DNA of 64,000 nt from NCBI GenBank assembly GCA_965219345.1, contig OZ244732.1:1152001-1216000 (forward strand), written 5' to 3'. Positions within the stretch are counted from its first letter, which is position 1. Each line of letters starts with the position of its first letter. Of this stretch, positions 19,447 through 30,075 are shown in pieces. A program made the translations under genes and the position numbers. This DNA comes from Nitrosopumilus sp. Lineage in GTDB: Archaea; Thermoproteota; Nitrososphaeria; Nitrososphaerales; Nitrosopumilaceae. The notes beneath the pieces were generated by a model, which was not told the DNA's origin, searched no databases, and saw only the letters and a program-made list of their open reading frames with translations.

Positions 19447-20112
19447 TTAGTCTTCGTTAAGTAATTTTTGAATCATAGCCTCAATATTCCCTGCTTGTCC
19501 AAATGATACGTCTCTGAGAATGCCTTTCCTATCAACTAAAATAGCTGATGGTGTACCTTGTAGAGAAAATTTTTCAAATGTTTCAGCTGAATACTCTTTT
19601 GATTTCATGTGATCTTTTACTTTTTGAATAATTTGATTTTTGTACTCCTCTGGCTGTGAGTCAAATTCAGGAATCTGTGGATAGATAAACTCCATGATTT
19701 TTTCTTGAGTAATCTCTCCTGTGGCCTTTGTCAAATTATCCATTCCTAGTGGAAATGGAATTTTGTAATGTAACTTGTTTCCATCTTGTAATTTTCCATA
19801 CATTGAAAGTGCATTCTTGGTTTCTCCGACTACTTCACCTGTTTCTGCAAGCATTTTCAAATTCTCTAATGTGTTCTTATCAAAATCTTCAAAAGCAGTT
19901 GCAAGTCCTAAAACTCGAACTCCATCATCTTTGTATTTGTTGTATATTTCAATTGCCTCTGGAATTGCATTCATAAAACAACCCGGACAATTGACTTGAA
20001 AGACTTCCAATAACACAACATGGTCTTTTTCTTGATCAAAATTTGTTGGAGCGCCTTGTATCCACTCTGACACTCCAAAATTTGGTGCTTCTTGACCTAT
20101 TACTACACTCAC
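19447..20112 (-). CDS. TlpA/redoxin-family thioredoxin-fold protein
   Basis: FQVNCPGC (CxxC), GTPS..LVDRKG. Confidence 0.8.
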   Translation of the reverse strand: MSVVIGQEAPNFGVSEWIQGAPTNFDQEKDHVVLLEVFQVNCPGCFMNAIPEAIEIYNKYKDDGVRVLGLATAFEDFDKNTLENLKMLAETGEVVGETKNALSMYGKLQDGNKLHYKIPFPLGMDNLTKATGEITQEKIMEFIYPQIPEFDSQPEEYKNQIIQKVKDHMKSKEYSAETFEKFSLQGTPSAILVDRKGILRDVSFGQAGNIEAMIQKLLNED

Positions 20113-20210
20113 AAAACATCCTCCAATTTTTTCCGTTAAATACATACCTCTACAAATTTTATATTTTTCTCGAGTAACCTAATATAGGACACTAAAAATC
20201 CCAAAACAAA

Positions 20211-20699
20211 TTGCAGGCAGTAACTGATGATCGATTAGCACTTTTTGGTGAAATGGAGTCAAAATATGAACAAAAAGATACAGAGTATTTTGTTTCTCTT
20301 TTAGAACATCCTGATTATGTGGTTAGAACAAGAGCTACCTGTATTTTGGTTGATTTTGGTGGAGAGGATAAAGTTCCCCATATTGCTAAAGTTTTAAAAA
20401 ATGATGAAAATGAATTGGTACGACATGAGGCTGCGTTCTCATTAGGCCAGATGTGTTACTCTAGTTCAATTCCTCCTCTAAATGATGCAACACTTAATGA
20501 TCCAAGTATGTTTGTACGTCATGAAGCTGCAATTGCTTTAGGTATTGTTGGCTCTAAAGATGCAAAAGAAACTTTGGAAAAGGCATTAAACGATCCTGAT
20601 AAATCAGTCGTTGAATCCGCAATTGTTGCCTTGTCTAATATTCAATTTATGGAAACGTTAAGTAAGAATGAAAAGTTTGCGAAGTTGACAGGTGGATGA
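20211..20699 (+). CDS. HEAT-repeat protein (PBS lyase / deoxyhypusine hydroxylase-like)
   Basis: Two VRHEAA..LG repeats. Confidence 0.8.
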   Translation: MQAVTDDRLALFGEMESKYEQKDTEYFVSLLEHPDYVVRTRATCILVDFGGEDKVPHIAKVLKNDENELVRHEAAFSLGQMCYSSSIPPLNDATLNDPSMFVRHEAAIALGIVGSKDAKETLEKALNDPDKSVVESAIVALSNIQFMETLSKNEKFAKLTGG

Positions 20700-21687
20700 G
20701 ATGAATTTTGCATATTATGTTATAGCTATAGTTGGCGTTCTTGCTGCAATAATTTTAGGATTGATTGCTGCAGCACCTGATGATATTATAGAACCAAGAG
20801 TAGCTTCTGTTGAAGATATTTCTGTCAATTCTTACATTCTGCCAAAAACTGCAACTGTGGGTGATATTTTACTTATTGAAATTGAGTTTAGAGATGATGG
20901 AAAGAAAATTGTTGATCATGTAAATTATGATATAATTGCTACACAAGATGGAGATACAATTCTTTCAGAACCTGGTTCTCATAGACACCCTGGAATGCAT
21001 CCAATTCATGAAACTAGTGTATTAAGCGAGTCTCCACTTGAAATTCAAGTTACTTTACAAGGTTTAGGTCATGGTGATGATATCTCAGAACCAAAGGGAG
21101 ATGTAACTACTTTGACTGTTGATCCTGAAGTTGGACCAATTGCATGTACTTTGGAACATGCACCAGTTTGTGGTGTTGATGGTGAAACATATGGTAATTT
21201 GTGTATGTTAGATGCTAGTCATATTAAATTAGATTATGAAGGTGAATGTGTGATTGCACAACCAGAACCAGTTGAAGAGAAACCAACTACTTTAGCAGAT
21301 AATGCAGAAGTAACAATTGGAACAGTAGAACAATCTGCGTTTGGTCAGGACTGTGTGGCAGATGGTTGTTACACGCCAAATTCTGCAACTATTGATGTTG
21401 GTGGTGTTGTAACAATGACAAACACAGATACTACTGGAGTACATACATTCACATCCGGAACAGTTGATGGATTTACTCCTTCTCCAAATGGTACATTTGA
21501 TTCAGATATCCTATTATCGGGAGATTCATTTGAATGGATTCCAGATACTGCAGGTGAAGTTCCTTACTATTGTGTGCTTCATACTTGGATGCAAGGCACA
21601 ATCATAGTACAAGAAGCAGAAGAAGAAATCATGGAAGAAGTTGAAGCAACACCAGAACCAGTTGCAGAAACATCGAACCATCAATAG
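20692..21687 (+). CDS. membrane-anchored Kazal-domain / plastocyanin-like blue copper protein, C-terminally truncated
   Basis: N-terminal TM helix, Kazal CTLEHAPVCGVDGETYGNLC, cupredoxin HTFTSG...YYCVLHTWM. It stops abruptly after a frameshift in the linker. Confidence 0.8.
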   Translation: MDEMNFAYYVIAIVGVLAAIILGLIAAAPDDIIEPRVASVEDISVNSYILPKTATVGDILLIEIEFRDDGKKIVDHVNYDIIATQDGDTILSEPGSHRHPGMHPIHETSVLSESPLEIQVTLQGLGHGDDISEPKGDVTTLTVDPEVGPIACTLEHAPVCGVDGETYGNLCMLDASHIKLDYEGECVIAQPEPVEEKPTTLADNAEVTIGTVEQSAFGQDCVADGCYTPNSATIDVGGVVTMTNTDTTGVHTFTSGTVDGFTPSPNGTFDSDILLSGDSFEWIPDTAGEVPYYCVLHTWMQGTIIVQEAEEEIMEEVEATPEPVAETSNHQ

Positions 21688-21772
21688 CACTAACAATATT
21701 GCATGCTTTTGACAATTTCCATCAATGTTAATGATGTTGCAGAAACATCGAATCATCAGTAGCACTAACAAT
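21661..21772 (+). repeat. two 37-bp direct repeats (35/37 identical) separated by a 38-bp insert
   Basis: GTTGCAGAAACATCGAACCATCAATAGCACTAACAAT at 21661-21697 and GTTGCAGAAACATCGAATCATCAGTAGCACTAACAAT at 21736-21772. Confidence 0.95.
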
Positions 21773-21787
21773 CTCAATTCCTAAGGC

Positions 21788-22306
21788 ACTATCAAAGGTG
21801 TAAGAACCATTATGAGTGAAGGAGGAGATAACGCGTATTATGTTAATGTCTCATCAGAATCTAAAATTCAAGCTATTGCATGTACGATGGCTTGTATGAT
21901 GTTTAATGAGAAAAAAAATAATTTAATTCCTTATTATGTTCAACCAAAAGAATATTTTGATTATAATGGGAAGCAAATGTCAACAGGATTAGAAAAAATA
22001 ATCTACGTGCCACAGTATGAAATTAAAACACCTGATGAAAAACTAATGCAATCTTTGCAAATCATAAAAGAAAATGATAATCGAATTACAAAAAGTGATT
22101 TAGCAAAAGCTGTAGATGAAAAAAATATTATTGAAATTGGTGCTAAACAAGAGAATTATGAACAAGCAAGATTCACGAGTTTAGATAAAAATATAATTCA
22201 ACCTTTAAAAGATAATTGGAAATTTATCCAAGAAAACAAAATTGGAAGAACAAGATGGGTTGAGATCACTCCTGAAGGAGGAAATGTATTAGAAATTTTA
22301 GACTAG
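21788..22306 (+). pseudogene. 5'-truncated DUF6293 / HFX_2341-like (CARF-like plus wHTH) regulator
   Basis: YVNVSSESKIQAIACTMACMMF...PYYVQP and a C-terminal wHTH. The frame is open only from about 21788, so the N-terminal half is missing. Confidence 0.65.
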
Positions 22307-22318
22307 AATTAATATTCT

Positions 22319-24745
22319 TTAATTCATTCTAGAAATTTTAGAAATTTCTTCTTGTTTTGAAATCTGAAATATGTTATCTACATAGGCTTCAAGCTCTTTT
22401 TCATGAGAAACAAGCACAATTTGCTGTGATTTTAATTCATCTAGTATTTCCCTGATTTTGCCTAATTGGTTTTTAGAAAATCCATCAGTTGGTTCATCTA
22501 AAATCAGCAAGTTTGATTTTAATGATTTTGTCTCCTTTCTCATTAGAGAATTCAAAGTTAATCTATATGCTAATGCAATGCTGGTTTTTTCCCCACCTGA
22601 AAGGTATCCAACCTCTTGTTCATATCCATCTTGAGTTACAATTGGTGTAAAACCCTCGTCAATTCTGGATTCTTTGGTGGGATCTTCAACAAGAATTGAA
22701 TACCATCTATGATACGTTTCATTAAAACTCTGCAAAATTGATAATAATACCTGTTTTTCAATCTGAGATATGGTTGGAATAAAAAATTCAGTTAGCCAGT
22801 CAAAATATTCTAAAAATTTACCATGCCTCATCTTCCATTTTTGAGATTCGGCAATCTTTTCTTTATTCATTGAAATCTTTTCCTGTTCATTTTCTAGATT
22901 TTGTTTTGATAATGCACTCACAATAGAGGCTTGGTTGATCTTTTGATTATTTTCTTTAAATTTTTGTTCAGTTGATTTTATTTCATCATCAATGTCTACA
23001 AATCGGTTTACTTGTTTTTCAATACTCTGAATCTCTTTCTTATTTTTTACAATGTTCGCCTTAAATGATTTTAAATCAGTTTGATACTTTGAAACTAATT
23101 TTAGAATCTTTTCTTGATTCTTTTTTGTATCTGTTATTGTTACCGAAGAATTCTCGTATTCTACTAAAGCGTCTTTAAGAGCAGAAAGATACTCTACTGG
23201 TTCACTAGATTCATACTTGAATTTCTCTGTTAGAATTTTATTTTGCATCTCTAATTCCTTAATTTTAGCCTCAATTTGAGCAGATTTTATCGATTTTTCT
23301 TCAAATTCTTCAATTTCAGGAATCATTTGTTGATTGTCAAATATTTCAGATTTTAGTTTTTCAATTTCTTTAGAAAATTTTGTATGGTGTTTTTCTGTAT
23401 CAAAAAACGTATTTACAATCTTTTTTAATTCCATGCTTAATTTATTTAGTTCTGTTTTTCGTTCACTCTCTACACCTTTCAAATGTTCTGCTGTAATCTT
23501 TTGCTCACATACAGGACATTTTGCTCCGAGTTTTGTAAATCTGCCAATATCATTTTGTAAATTTTCTATATTTGTTTCATATTTTGTTTTTTGTATTTTT
23601 AGACTATCGATCTCTTTTTCACTTTCTTCAAATATTTTTAGAGTATTCTCCAAGGTTTTTTGTTTATCAATTGTTTCTTTTTGTATTTCTTTTTTATTTT
23701 TATCTGATACTTTTTTACTTAATTTTGAAATTGATGATGATAATTCTGAGACAATAGTTTTTGATTTTACTAATTCATCATTGATTTTTTGAAATTTTTC
23801 AGTCTCTTTTTTGATTTGTGTAACTGTTTTTGTTGTCGGTCTTTTGATTTTATTTAATTTATTTAATTTTTCTTCAAATTCTTCAATTTCTTCTTTGGCA
23901 TCATAGATATCTGTATTAGTTGATTCAATAGATGATTCATAATCTACAATTTTTTCTTCTAATTTATTTTTTATACTTTCAAGTTTTACTTTTTCTATGT
24001 TATGTTTTTGTAGTTGTTTTAATTTTTTGTCTACTAGAATATTTTCTGACTCTAAATCTTTTCTTTCTTTGTCTAATTGAGAAATCTCTGCATTTATCTC
24101 ATCAACTAAATTCTTTGATGCTTTATTTTCTTCTTCTAATTGTCCAGTATCTCTAAATCTTTCTTCTAACCGTGCCATCTGTAGTTCTATTGATGCCGCA
24201 ATATTTTCGGAATTTGTAGCTGCAACAGCATAATCTTCAATTCCAAATGCTCTTCTTATTGTCTCTAGTCGTGTTTTAGAATCTCCAAGAACTTTTTTCA
24301 TCTCTTCCTGAGGTGTAAATACTGCATAACGGAAGATTCTGCTTTCAGATCGCGCGTCTCCAGGCTCATTGAATTTGAGAATCTGAAGTACTCGTTGCTT
24401 TAGCTCTGATGGTGAGAGTAGCTCTTTTTCATCATTTGTTTTGATATACGAATTTTTTGGATCCTGATTTACTCCTGTTGATTTTCTTTTGAGTGTACGC
24501 TTTATCTCGTATTTTTGATCATCCACTGTAAACTCTAAAATCGTATAACCACTGTCTGCTTTTTTTGCAAGAAGCGATTCTGCTTTTTGTGAACCTAAAC
24601 CAAATAATGCAAACTCTATTGCCATCAATACTGTAGACTTGCCAGAACCGATGTCTCCTTCAAACAAAGTAATTCCACGTGGAAACTCTATTTCTTCATG
24701 AGAGTAGCTTCGAATATTCCCTAACACAAGTGAATTAAGAATCAT
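22319..24745 (-). CDS. rad50: Rad50 (SMC-family ATPase)
   Basis: Walker A GDIGSGKS, coiled coils, Zn-hook CPVC, LSGGE, LILDEPT. Confidence 0.92.
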   Translation of the reverse strand: MILNSLVLGNIRSYSHEEIEFPRGITLFEGDIGSGKSTVLMAIEFALFGLGSQKAESLLAKKADSGYTILEFTVDDQKYEIKRTLKRKSTGVNQDPKNSYIKTNDEKELLSPSELKQRVLQILKFNEPGDARSESRIFRYAVFTPQEEMKKVLGDSKTRLETIRRAFGIEDYAVAATNSENIAASIELQMARLEERFRDTGQLEEENKASKNLVDEINAEISQLDKERKDLESENILVDKKLKQLQKHNIEKVKLESIKNKLEEKIVDYESSIESTNTDIYDAKEEIEEFEEKLNKLNKIKRPTTKTVTQIKKETEKFQKINDELVKSKTIVSELSSSISKLSKKVSDKNKKEIQKETIDKQKTLENTLKIFEESEKEIDSLKIQKTKYETNIENLQNDIGRFTKLGAKCPVCEQKITAEHLKGVESERKTELNKLSMELKKIVNTFFDTEKHHTKFSKEIEKLKSEIFDNQQMIPEIEEFEEKSIKSAQIEAKIKELEMQNKILTEKFKYESSEPVEYLSALKDALVEYENSSVTITDTKKNQEKILKLVSKYQTDLKSFKANIVKNKKEIQSIEKQVNRFVDIDDEIKSTEQKFKENNQKINQASIVSALSKQNLENEQEKISMNKEKIAESQKWKMRHGKFLEYFDWLTEFFIPTISQIEKQVLLSILQSFNETYHRWYSILVEDPTKESRIDEGFTPIVTQDGYEQEVGYLSGGEKTSIALAYRLTLNSLMRKETKSLKSNLLILDEPTDGFSKNQLGKIREILDELKSQQIVLVSHEKELEAYVDNIFQISKQEEISKISRMN

Positions 24746-25991
24746 CTAACTTTAATCCCAATACCCCTAATGCACCTTGTTTTATTCTTGAAGCATAATC
24801 TGATTTTTTCTCATTTTCTAATGCTGGTTGCCCTAATTCTGATAGTAATTTTTTTGCAAGAGCAACTCCTGAATCTCCAATCAGATTCTTTTGGTTGAAT
24901 CGTAATTGACCAATATTTTCATCAAACACATTTGTCTCAATTTCTGTTTTATTTTTTCCTTTAGATTCAGTAATGTTATACTCTTTGGATGTTAATTGAT
25001 TCTTACTTACATTGACTATCAAAGCATTTCGTTCATTAAGGCTCTCTCGAACTATAGATATATCCACATCCGCAGTTTTACCTACAGTTAACTCACCTGC
25101 TATTTTGATTATTACAACTTTATTTTCAACATCAATGTCTTTGGTTTTTTCTAATAATTCTTGATTAATTGATTCTGCTTTTCTGTTATTGGCATCAACT
25201 TCAATTATTTCATATGCTGTATTTTCAATCTCTATCAACTCTACTGATTTTACAACATCCTCAAATTCAACCAAAACAAAACCTCTTTTTTGCCCGTTTG
25301 CATTACCCTCTAAATCTGCATGATATCCTGCAAATGGGGTTCCGGAATACACAACGTGAGAATATCCGTCAAATGATTGATGGTTGAACTTATGCATGTG
25401 ACCTCCTGCATAGTATGAAAATTCTTTAGGTAGCAAAGAAAGAGGCATTTGGTCCCCATCCATACCTGTATCCGTCTTCATATCAGAAATTCCACCATGA
25501 AACAAGAATATCTTAAAGCCTGATTCTGCCTCCAAAGAATTTCTATCTAGTTTCTCATACCATTCTCTATCTTTTCCAACCTTGAGACCTGACAAACCAG
25601 TAATTTTTGCACCTGTTTTTTCATCAACTACAAATTCCAAAGATATAGTGTTATCATCATGACTTGTAGCGTGAGTTACCTTTGTAATATATCCAATTTC
25701 TGCTAATAAATCAATTACGGAATTTGATACGGGAGAAAAATCATGACTTCCATAAACAACATACACTGGAATTCCAGCATCATGGATCTGACGAAACTTT
25801 GCAAATGCAAATTTTTGAACTCTCATCTCTGGAATATTTACATGAAACATATCGCCCGGAATTAAAATAAAATCCACGTCCCGAGAGATACATTCATCCA
25901 TTGTTTTTTCAAATACTTGCCGTTCTATTTTTTGTAAGGATTCATGTTTTTGAAAACCTAGATGAATATCTGACAAATGCGCAAATAACAA
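24735..25991 (-). CDS. mre11: Mre11 nuclease
   Basis: SDIHLG, GDMFH, GSHD and GHMH phosphoesterase motifs. Overlaps rad50. Confidence 0.92.
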   Translation of the reverse strand: MLFAHLSDIHLGFQKHESLQKIERQVFEKTMDECISRDVDFILIPGDMFHVNIPEMRVQKFAFAKFRQIHDAGIPVYVVYGSHDFSPVSNSVIDLLAEIGYITKVTHATSHDDNTISLEFVVDEKTGAKITGLSGLKVGKDREWYEKLDRNSLEAESGFKIFLFHGGISDMKTDTGMDGDQMPLSLLPKEFSYYAGGHMHKFNHQSFDGYSHVVYSGTPFAGYHADLEGNANGQKRGFVLVEFEDVVKSVELIEIENTAYEIIEVDANNRKAESINQELLEKTKDIDVENKVVIIKIAGELTVGKTADVDISIVRESLNERNALIVNVSKNQLTSKEYNITESKGKNKTEIETNVFDENIGQLRFNQKNLIGDSGVALAKKLLSELGQPALENEKKSDYASRIKQGALGVLGLKLDDS

Positions 25992-25992
25992 A

Positions 25993-27576
25993 CTAGAACA
26001 CCTTTGTCTTGCCTATCTCTACCCTGATACCTTTTTCTTTTACGATATCTTCAAACAAAGGAATTTTGATTGGCATTGCAAATGGCACAAAGATACTAGT
26101 AACTATCGCCTCTCCTTTATCTAGACTGGCAATATTTTTGTCATCTTCAGATAAATCTTGAGAAGCAGAAGATATGATCGCATCTCTTTCTTGTTTCATC
26201 TCGTTTCCTAAAATTATTTTTGTATTCATATTTGCAAGAATTGTTTTTGGAATGACACTACTCAATTGTGTAATTGCAGTTAGTCCAACTTTAAATTTAC
26301 GTCCTTCCTTGGCAATTGTAGAATAAATATTGTCATTTCTTGATGTTAACACATCTATCCCGATAACGCGAGGTGCTTCTTCAATAACTATGGTAGCTAC
26401 TGGTTTTCTATCTAATTCTCCATTGGCTTTGGCATCTTTGTATTTTTGTAATAATTTGGATGCAATGATGTTTCCAACTAGTAATTCTGCCTCATCTCCT
26501 AATCGTGATGTATCAAGGATCACAACTTTACCTTGCTCAATATCTTTTACAATGTCGTCAACTGTGGTCAAACCCTTTGTAGTTGAATCAAATACCTCAT
26601 GTCTTGAGAATACAATGTCTTCCTCATCCTTTTCCAGGCTCAAAAGCAGGCGTAGTTTCCTCTGAACTACCATCATTGTGGCTGCCGCAAAATCTCCCCT
26701 ACTTTGACTTGTATTTTCCATCCCTGAAGCAACTGCATCTGTAATCATTAACTCTCGAATCCAGTTTGATCTATGCTGTCTATGAGCCATTCTGATTGCC
26801 TGGAATTGTGGATCTGAAAAATCAATAATTCCTTCAAAGTGCTCAGGTCTGATTGATTGCAAATTAACTGTTAATCTATTTGTACCAACTGGTGGATTTG
26901 ATGGTGTATAATACATCAAATTGTCTTTGGCATGGGAATGGTCTTTTAGCCCCATTCCGGTTCGTCCAAAATATTCGTCATGTGCATCTAAAACCAAGGC
27001 ACCCACTTTGTTGGTGTCTAATACGTGCCAAAGAATAGTTTTCACTAAATTTGATTTACCACGACCAGTAGTTGCAGGAATTAACATGTGATGTGAAAAT
27101 ACATCTTCTGCAGGTAACCATACTTCTGCTTCTTTGATTACTTTACTTCCACTTCGAATATGTCCTACAAAGATTGAATCTTTCTCCTTTTGTAAGAATT
27201 TCAAATCATCTTTACTGATTAATCGTAATTTGTTGAAAAACGAAGGTAATGATTTTGGAATTTTCACCTCTCCTCTCTCTTTGAATACTCGAGCAAGTGG
27301 CTTTATTCTAGCCAAAACATAATTTACAAAATCAGGTTCATAAAAGTGCGCATCAGCAACATCTTGCTCTAAATTAACGCCTGACATCATCTGCTGCATT
27401 CTATCTTGAATTTGACTACCGTACTCCAATGCAAACACTTGTAAAATTAAAAATGAGCCATTCTCTTCTGATACCATCAAGTCTCCAATCTCTAAATCGG
27501 TTCCAGCTTTTTGACGAATTATAATATCTCCAAAACTTCCTCCAACTACTTGGCCTACAATAGATGATTCATCCAT
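25993..27576 (-). CDS. herA: HerA helicase/translocase
   Basis: N-terminal HAS-barrel-like region, [25 protein letters not shown]...TQ. Confidence 0.92.
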   Translation of the reverse strand: MDESSIVGQVVGGSFGDIIIRQKAGTDLEIGDLMVSEENGSFLILQVFALEYGSQIQDRMQQMMSGVNLEQDVADAHFYEPDFVNYVLARIKPLARVFKERGEVKIPKSLPSFFNKLRLISKDDLKFLQKEKDSIFVGHIRSGSKVIKEAEVWLPAEDVFSHHMLIPATTGRGKSNLVKTILWHVLDTNKVGALVLDAHDEYFGRTGMGLKDHSHAKDNLMYYTPSNPPVGTNRLTVNLQSIRPEHFEGIIDFSDPQFQAIRMAHRQHRSNWIRELMITDAVASGMENTSQSRGDFAAATMMVVQRKLRLLLSLEKDEEDIVFSRHEVFDSTTKGLTTVDDIVKDIEQGKVVILDTSRLGDEAELLVGNIIASKLLQKYKDAKANGELDRKPVATIVIEEAPRVIGIDVLTSRNDNIYSTIAKEGRKFKVGLTAITQLSSVIPKTILANMNTKIILGNEMKQERDAIISSASQDLSEDDKNIASLDKGEAIVTSIFVPFAMPIKIPLFEDIVKEKGIRVEIGKTKVF

Positions 27577-28673
27577 TAACTAGTCACTTCATTTAGCACA
27601 TCATGTGCTGTCAAACTCGCACTATACTTTTGTAATCTCTTCCATTCTGGATGACGCATCTTTTCTGACATGATAAATCCTTGATACATGTTCAGTTCAT
27701 CACGCCTAACTTGGGCAAATCTGTCTGCATCAATTGCACCATATGGGTAGCCAAGCATGGCTACATCCTGGGAATTCTCAACCAAACTGGCAAGTACGGA
27801 ATTTAACATTTCCTTGTCCATCTTCTCAAACTGTTCTCGCAATATCTCGAATCTAAATACAAATCGTGATTTTGCATGAAGCTTTACTGCAAGTATGAAT
27901 CCCTTATCCTCGGTCGATATCTCTTCAGATACTTTGACATACCATCTCTCATGTGGAACGTCTTCTGCAATCTCGGCAATCCTTGCAAGTAATGGATCCC
28001 CTGATTCTGTAATTAGTCTACTAGTTTTTGCCAATCCACAAACAATTACTCCTTTTTTAATTGCCAAATCATATAGTCTCTTTACATATTTTATTTCATT
28101 TTTAAAATTAGTTTGTAATGAACCATCCATTACAATCATGTCTCCCTTCTCAAGTTCTGATTCAACAACATGAATTGCTAATTGCCATTCAGCAAATCGT
28201 CTACCTAAAGAATTCAGCTTTGCACCTTGTAGAACTATGGTACTTTCAGTGCTGGATGTTAAATCTGATTCTGCCGGCAAATATTTTTTATCTTCTGCAG
28301 TATGTGGAAATAATTTTGTACTGTACATGACAGTTTTTTCCCCATCAACGGTTTTAATACTTGAAGTTACACTGGAATAGAATTGAACTCGGGGATTTGC
28401 TTTGGGTTTGATTCTTTTTTTACCCTGAAATATTGAAAAGTATACGCGATTAATTGTGATTAAAAAATTTGGTGATTCTTCTAGTGGTCCATCGCCACCA
28501 TCAACAAATGCAATCTTTCGAGGATTATTCACTGATTTAATTTCAGAAAACTCTGAAGGTGCAATTAGAAACTGTTTCCCTTTTCCATTATTTAGTACTA
28601 TATCTGAATGCTCTGTTTGTGATAGATGAGCACCTAATTCTTCAATCAAACTTTTTACTGGATCTTGAGTCAT
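27576..28673 (-). CDS. nurA: NurA 5'-3' nuclease
   Basis: AFVDGG, AE, MDGSL, LAKTS, GYPY..IDADRFA. First gene of the operon. Confidence 0.88.
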   Translation of the reverse strand: MTQDPVKSLIEELGAHLSQTEHSDIVLNNGKGKQFLIAPSEFSEIKSVNNPRKIAFVDGGDGPLEESPNFLITINRVYFSIFQGKKRIKPKANPRVQFYSSVTSSIKTVDGEKTVMYSTKLFPHTAEDKKYLPAESDLTSSTESTIVLQGAKLNSLGRRFAEWQLAIHVVESELEKGDMIVMDGSLQTNFKNEIKYVKRLYDLAIKKGVIVCGLAKTSRLITESGDPLLARIAEIAEDVPHERWYVKVSEEISTEDKGFILAVKLHAKSRFVFRFEILREQFEKMDKEMLNSVLASLVENSQDVAMLGYPYGAIDADRFAQVRRDELNMYQGFIMSEKMRHPEWKRLQKYSASLTAHDVLNEVTS

Positions 28674-28870
28674 GTGTAATTTCTTACCTATTGACCTCAT
28701 TGTATACAGTATTGGGCACAACAATGGTTAGTTGGATTGAATAAATCCTTTATGTTATGCTGAACTTTGACAAAACTGATCCATCAAAACCATCCATCCT
28801 TAATGAGAAAATCTGACTTATTTCCTGTTTGGACTAGAATTAATTAAGTGAACAGATCCAGTAAAAACAC

Positions 28871-29689
28871 TTGAAAAAAATTGGTTTGTTGGGTTGTGGT
28901 GCAATAGGAACCCAAATCGCTCTTGCAATTGATTCTGGAAAAATACCTGCAGTTCTAACTCATGTTTATGATAACTCTAAAGATGCTGCAGTTGAACTTG
29001 TTTCAAAATTAAATACAAAGCCTGAAATTGTTGAAAACTCTCACCTTTTATCTTCACATCCAGTACACATTATAGTTGAAGCCGCTTCTCAGGACGCTGT
29101 AAAAGATATTGCACTAAGCGTTTTGCAAAATAAGCGTGACTTGATGATTATGAGTGTTGGTGCATTACTTGATGAATCCATCTACGAAATTTTATCAGAT
29201 GCTTGTAAGGATTTCAACAAAACAATCTACCTTCCTTCAGGTGCAATTGCTGGCTTGGATGGAATAAAATCAATCAAAGATGAATTGGAATCATTGTCTA
29301 TTACTACAACAAAACATCCCGGATCTCTTAAAGGCGCCAAGTTTTTTGAAAATTCTGACATTAATTTAGACGCAATTAGCTCTCCTACAACAATCTTTGA
29401 GGGTACTGCAAAGGAAGCTGTCTCTTTATTTCCTGCTAACATCAATGTCGCTGCACTCTTATCATTGTCAGGAATAGGCAGTGAAAAAACAAGTGTAAGA
29501 ATTGTCGCTGATCCTGACACTGATAAAAACACTCATCGCATTACAGCTTCAGGAAAATTTGGAAAGATGACATTTACAATAGAGAATTTTCCAGATACCA
29601 ATAATCCAAAAACTAGTAGGTTGGCAATTTTATCTGCAATTGAAACTCTGAGAAAATATTGCTCAGATGGGATTCAGATTGGTACCTAA
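28871..29689 (+). CDS. nadX: L-aspartate dehydrogenase
   Basis: GCGAIG, EAAS, PSGAIAGLD, FPANINVAA, NPKTS.LA. Confidence 0.93.
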   Translation: MKKIGLLGCGAIGTQIALAIDSGKIPAVLTHVYDNSKDAAVELVSKLNTKPEIVENSHLLSSHPVHIIVEAASQDAVKDIALSVLQNKRDLMIMSVGALLDESIYEILSDACKDFNKTIYLPSGAIAGLDGIKSIKDELESLSITTTKHPGSLKGAKFFENSDINLDAISSPTTIFEGTAKEAVSLFPANINVAALLSLSGIGSEKTSVRIVADPDTDKNTHRITASGKFGKMTFTIENFPDTNNPKTSRLAILSAIETLRKYCSDGIQIGT

Positions 29690-29799
29690 TATGGCAATAT
29701 GCGTGCAGAAAAGACGTACAATATAGCTATTTTTACAGCGATCATACACAATAAAACGCACTGTAACAAACTTTATCCTTTCATGGGAAACGAAACCTC

Positions 29800-29975
29800 A
29801 TGACTAAATCTCGATGTGAGATAATATTTGAGGCAAGCATAAAGTCAGAGCATACTAGGATAAACTATCTTAGATGTATGAAAAAATTCAAGGCCTTTGT
29901 TGGAGTTGAGGGTCTTGATGAATTATTGCATGGTGATCAAAAGACAATTCAAGAAAAAGTCGAAGATTATGTAAT
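29800..29975 (+). pseudogene. N-terminal stub of a tyrosine integrase
   Basis: FEASIKSEHTRINYLRCMKKF...LDELL..DQKTIQEKVEDYVI resembles the core-binding domain of thaumarchaeal integrases. No catalytic domain follows. Confidence 0.65.
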
Positions 29976-30075
29976 TCCACATGATTTCAGATATTCTAAA
30001 ATTTCTGTGTTGTCATGTAATTTACGTTCCCTTAATTCCCCAACAATTTCATTGGCTCGTTTTTTATTAAGCAAA

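Noticed and set aside
21661-21772. Calling this a bona fide CRISPR array
   Set aside because: Only two repeats, no clear dyad or GAAA(C/G) end, no cas genes or leader, and the repeat is coding-derived. Reported as a repeat and a finding instead.
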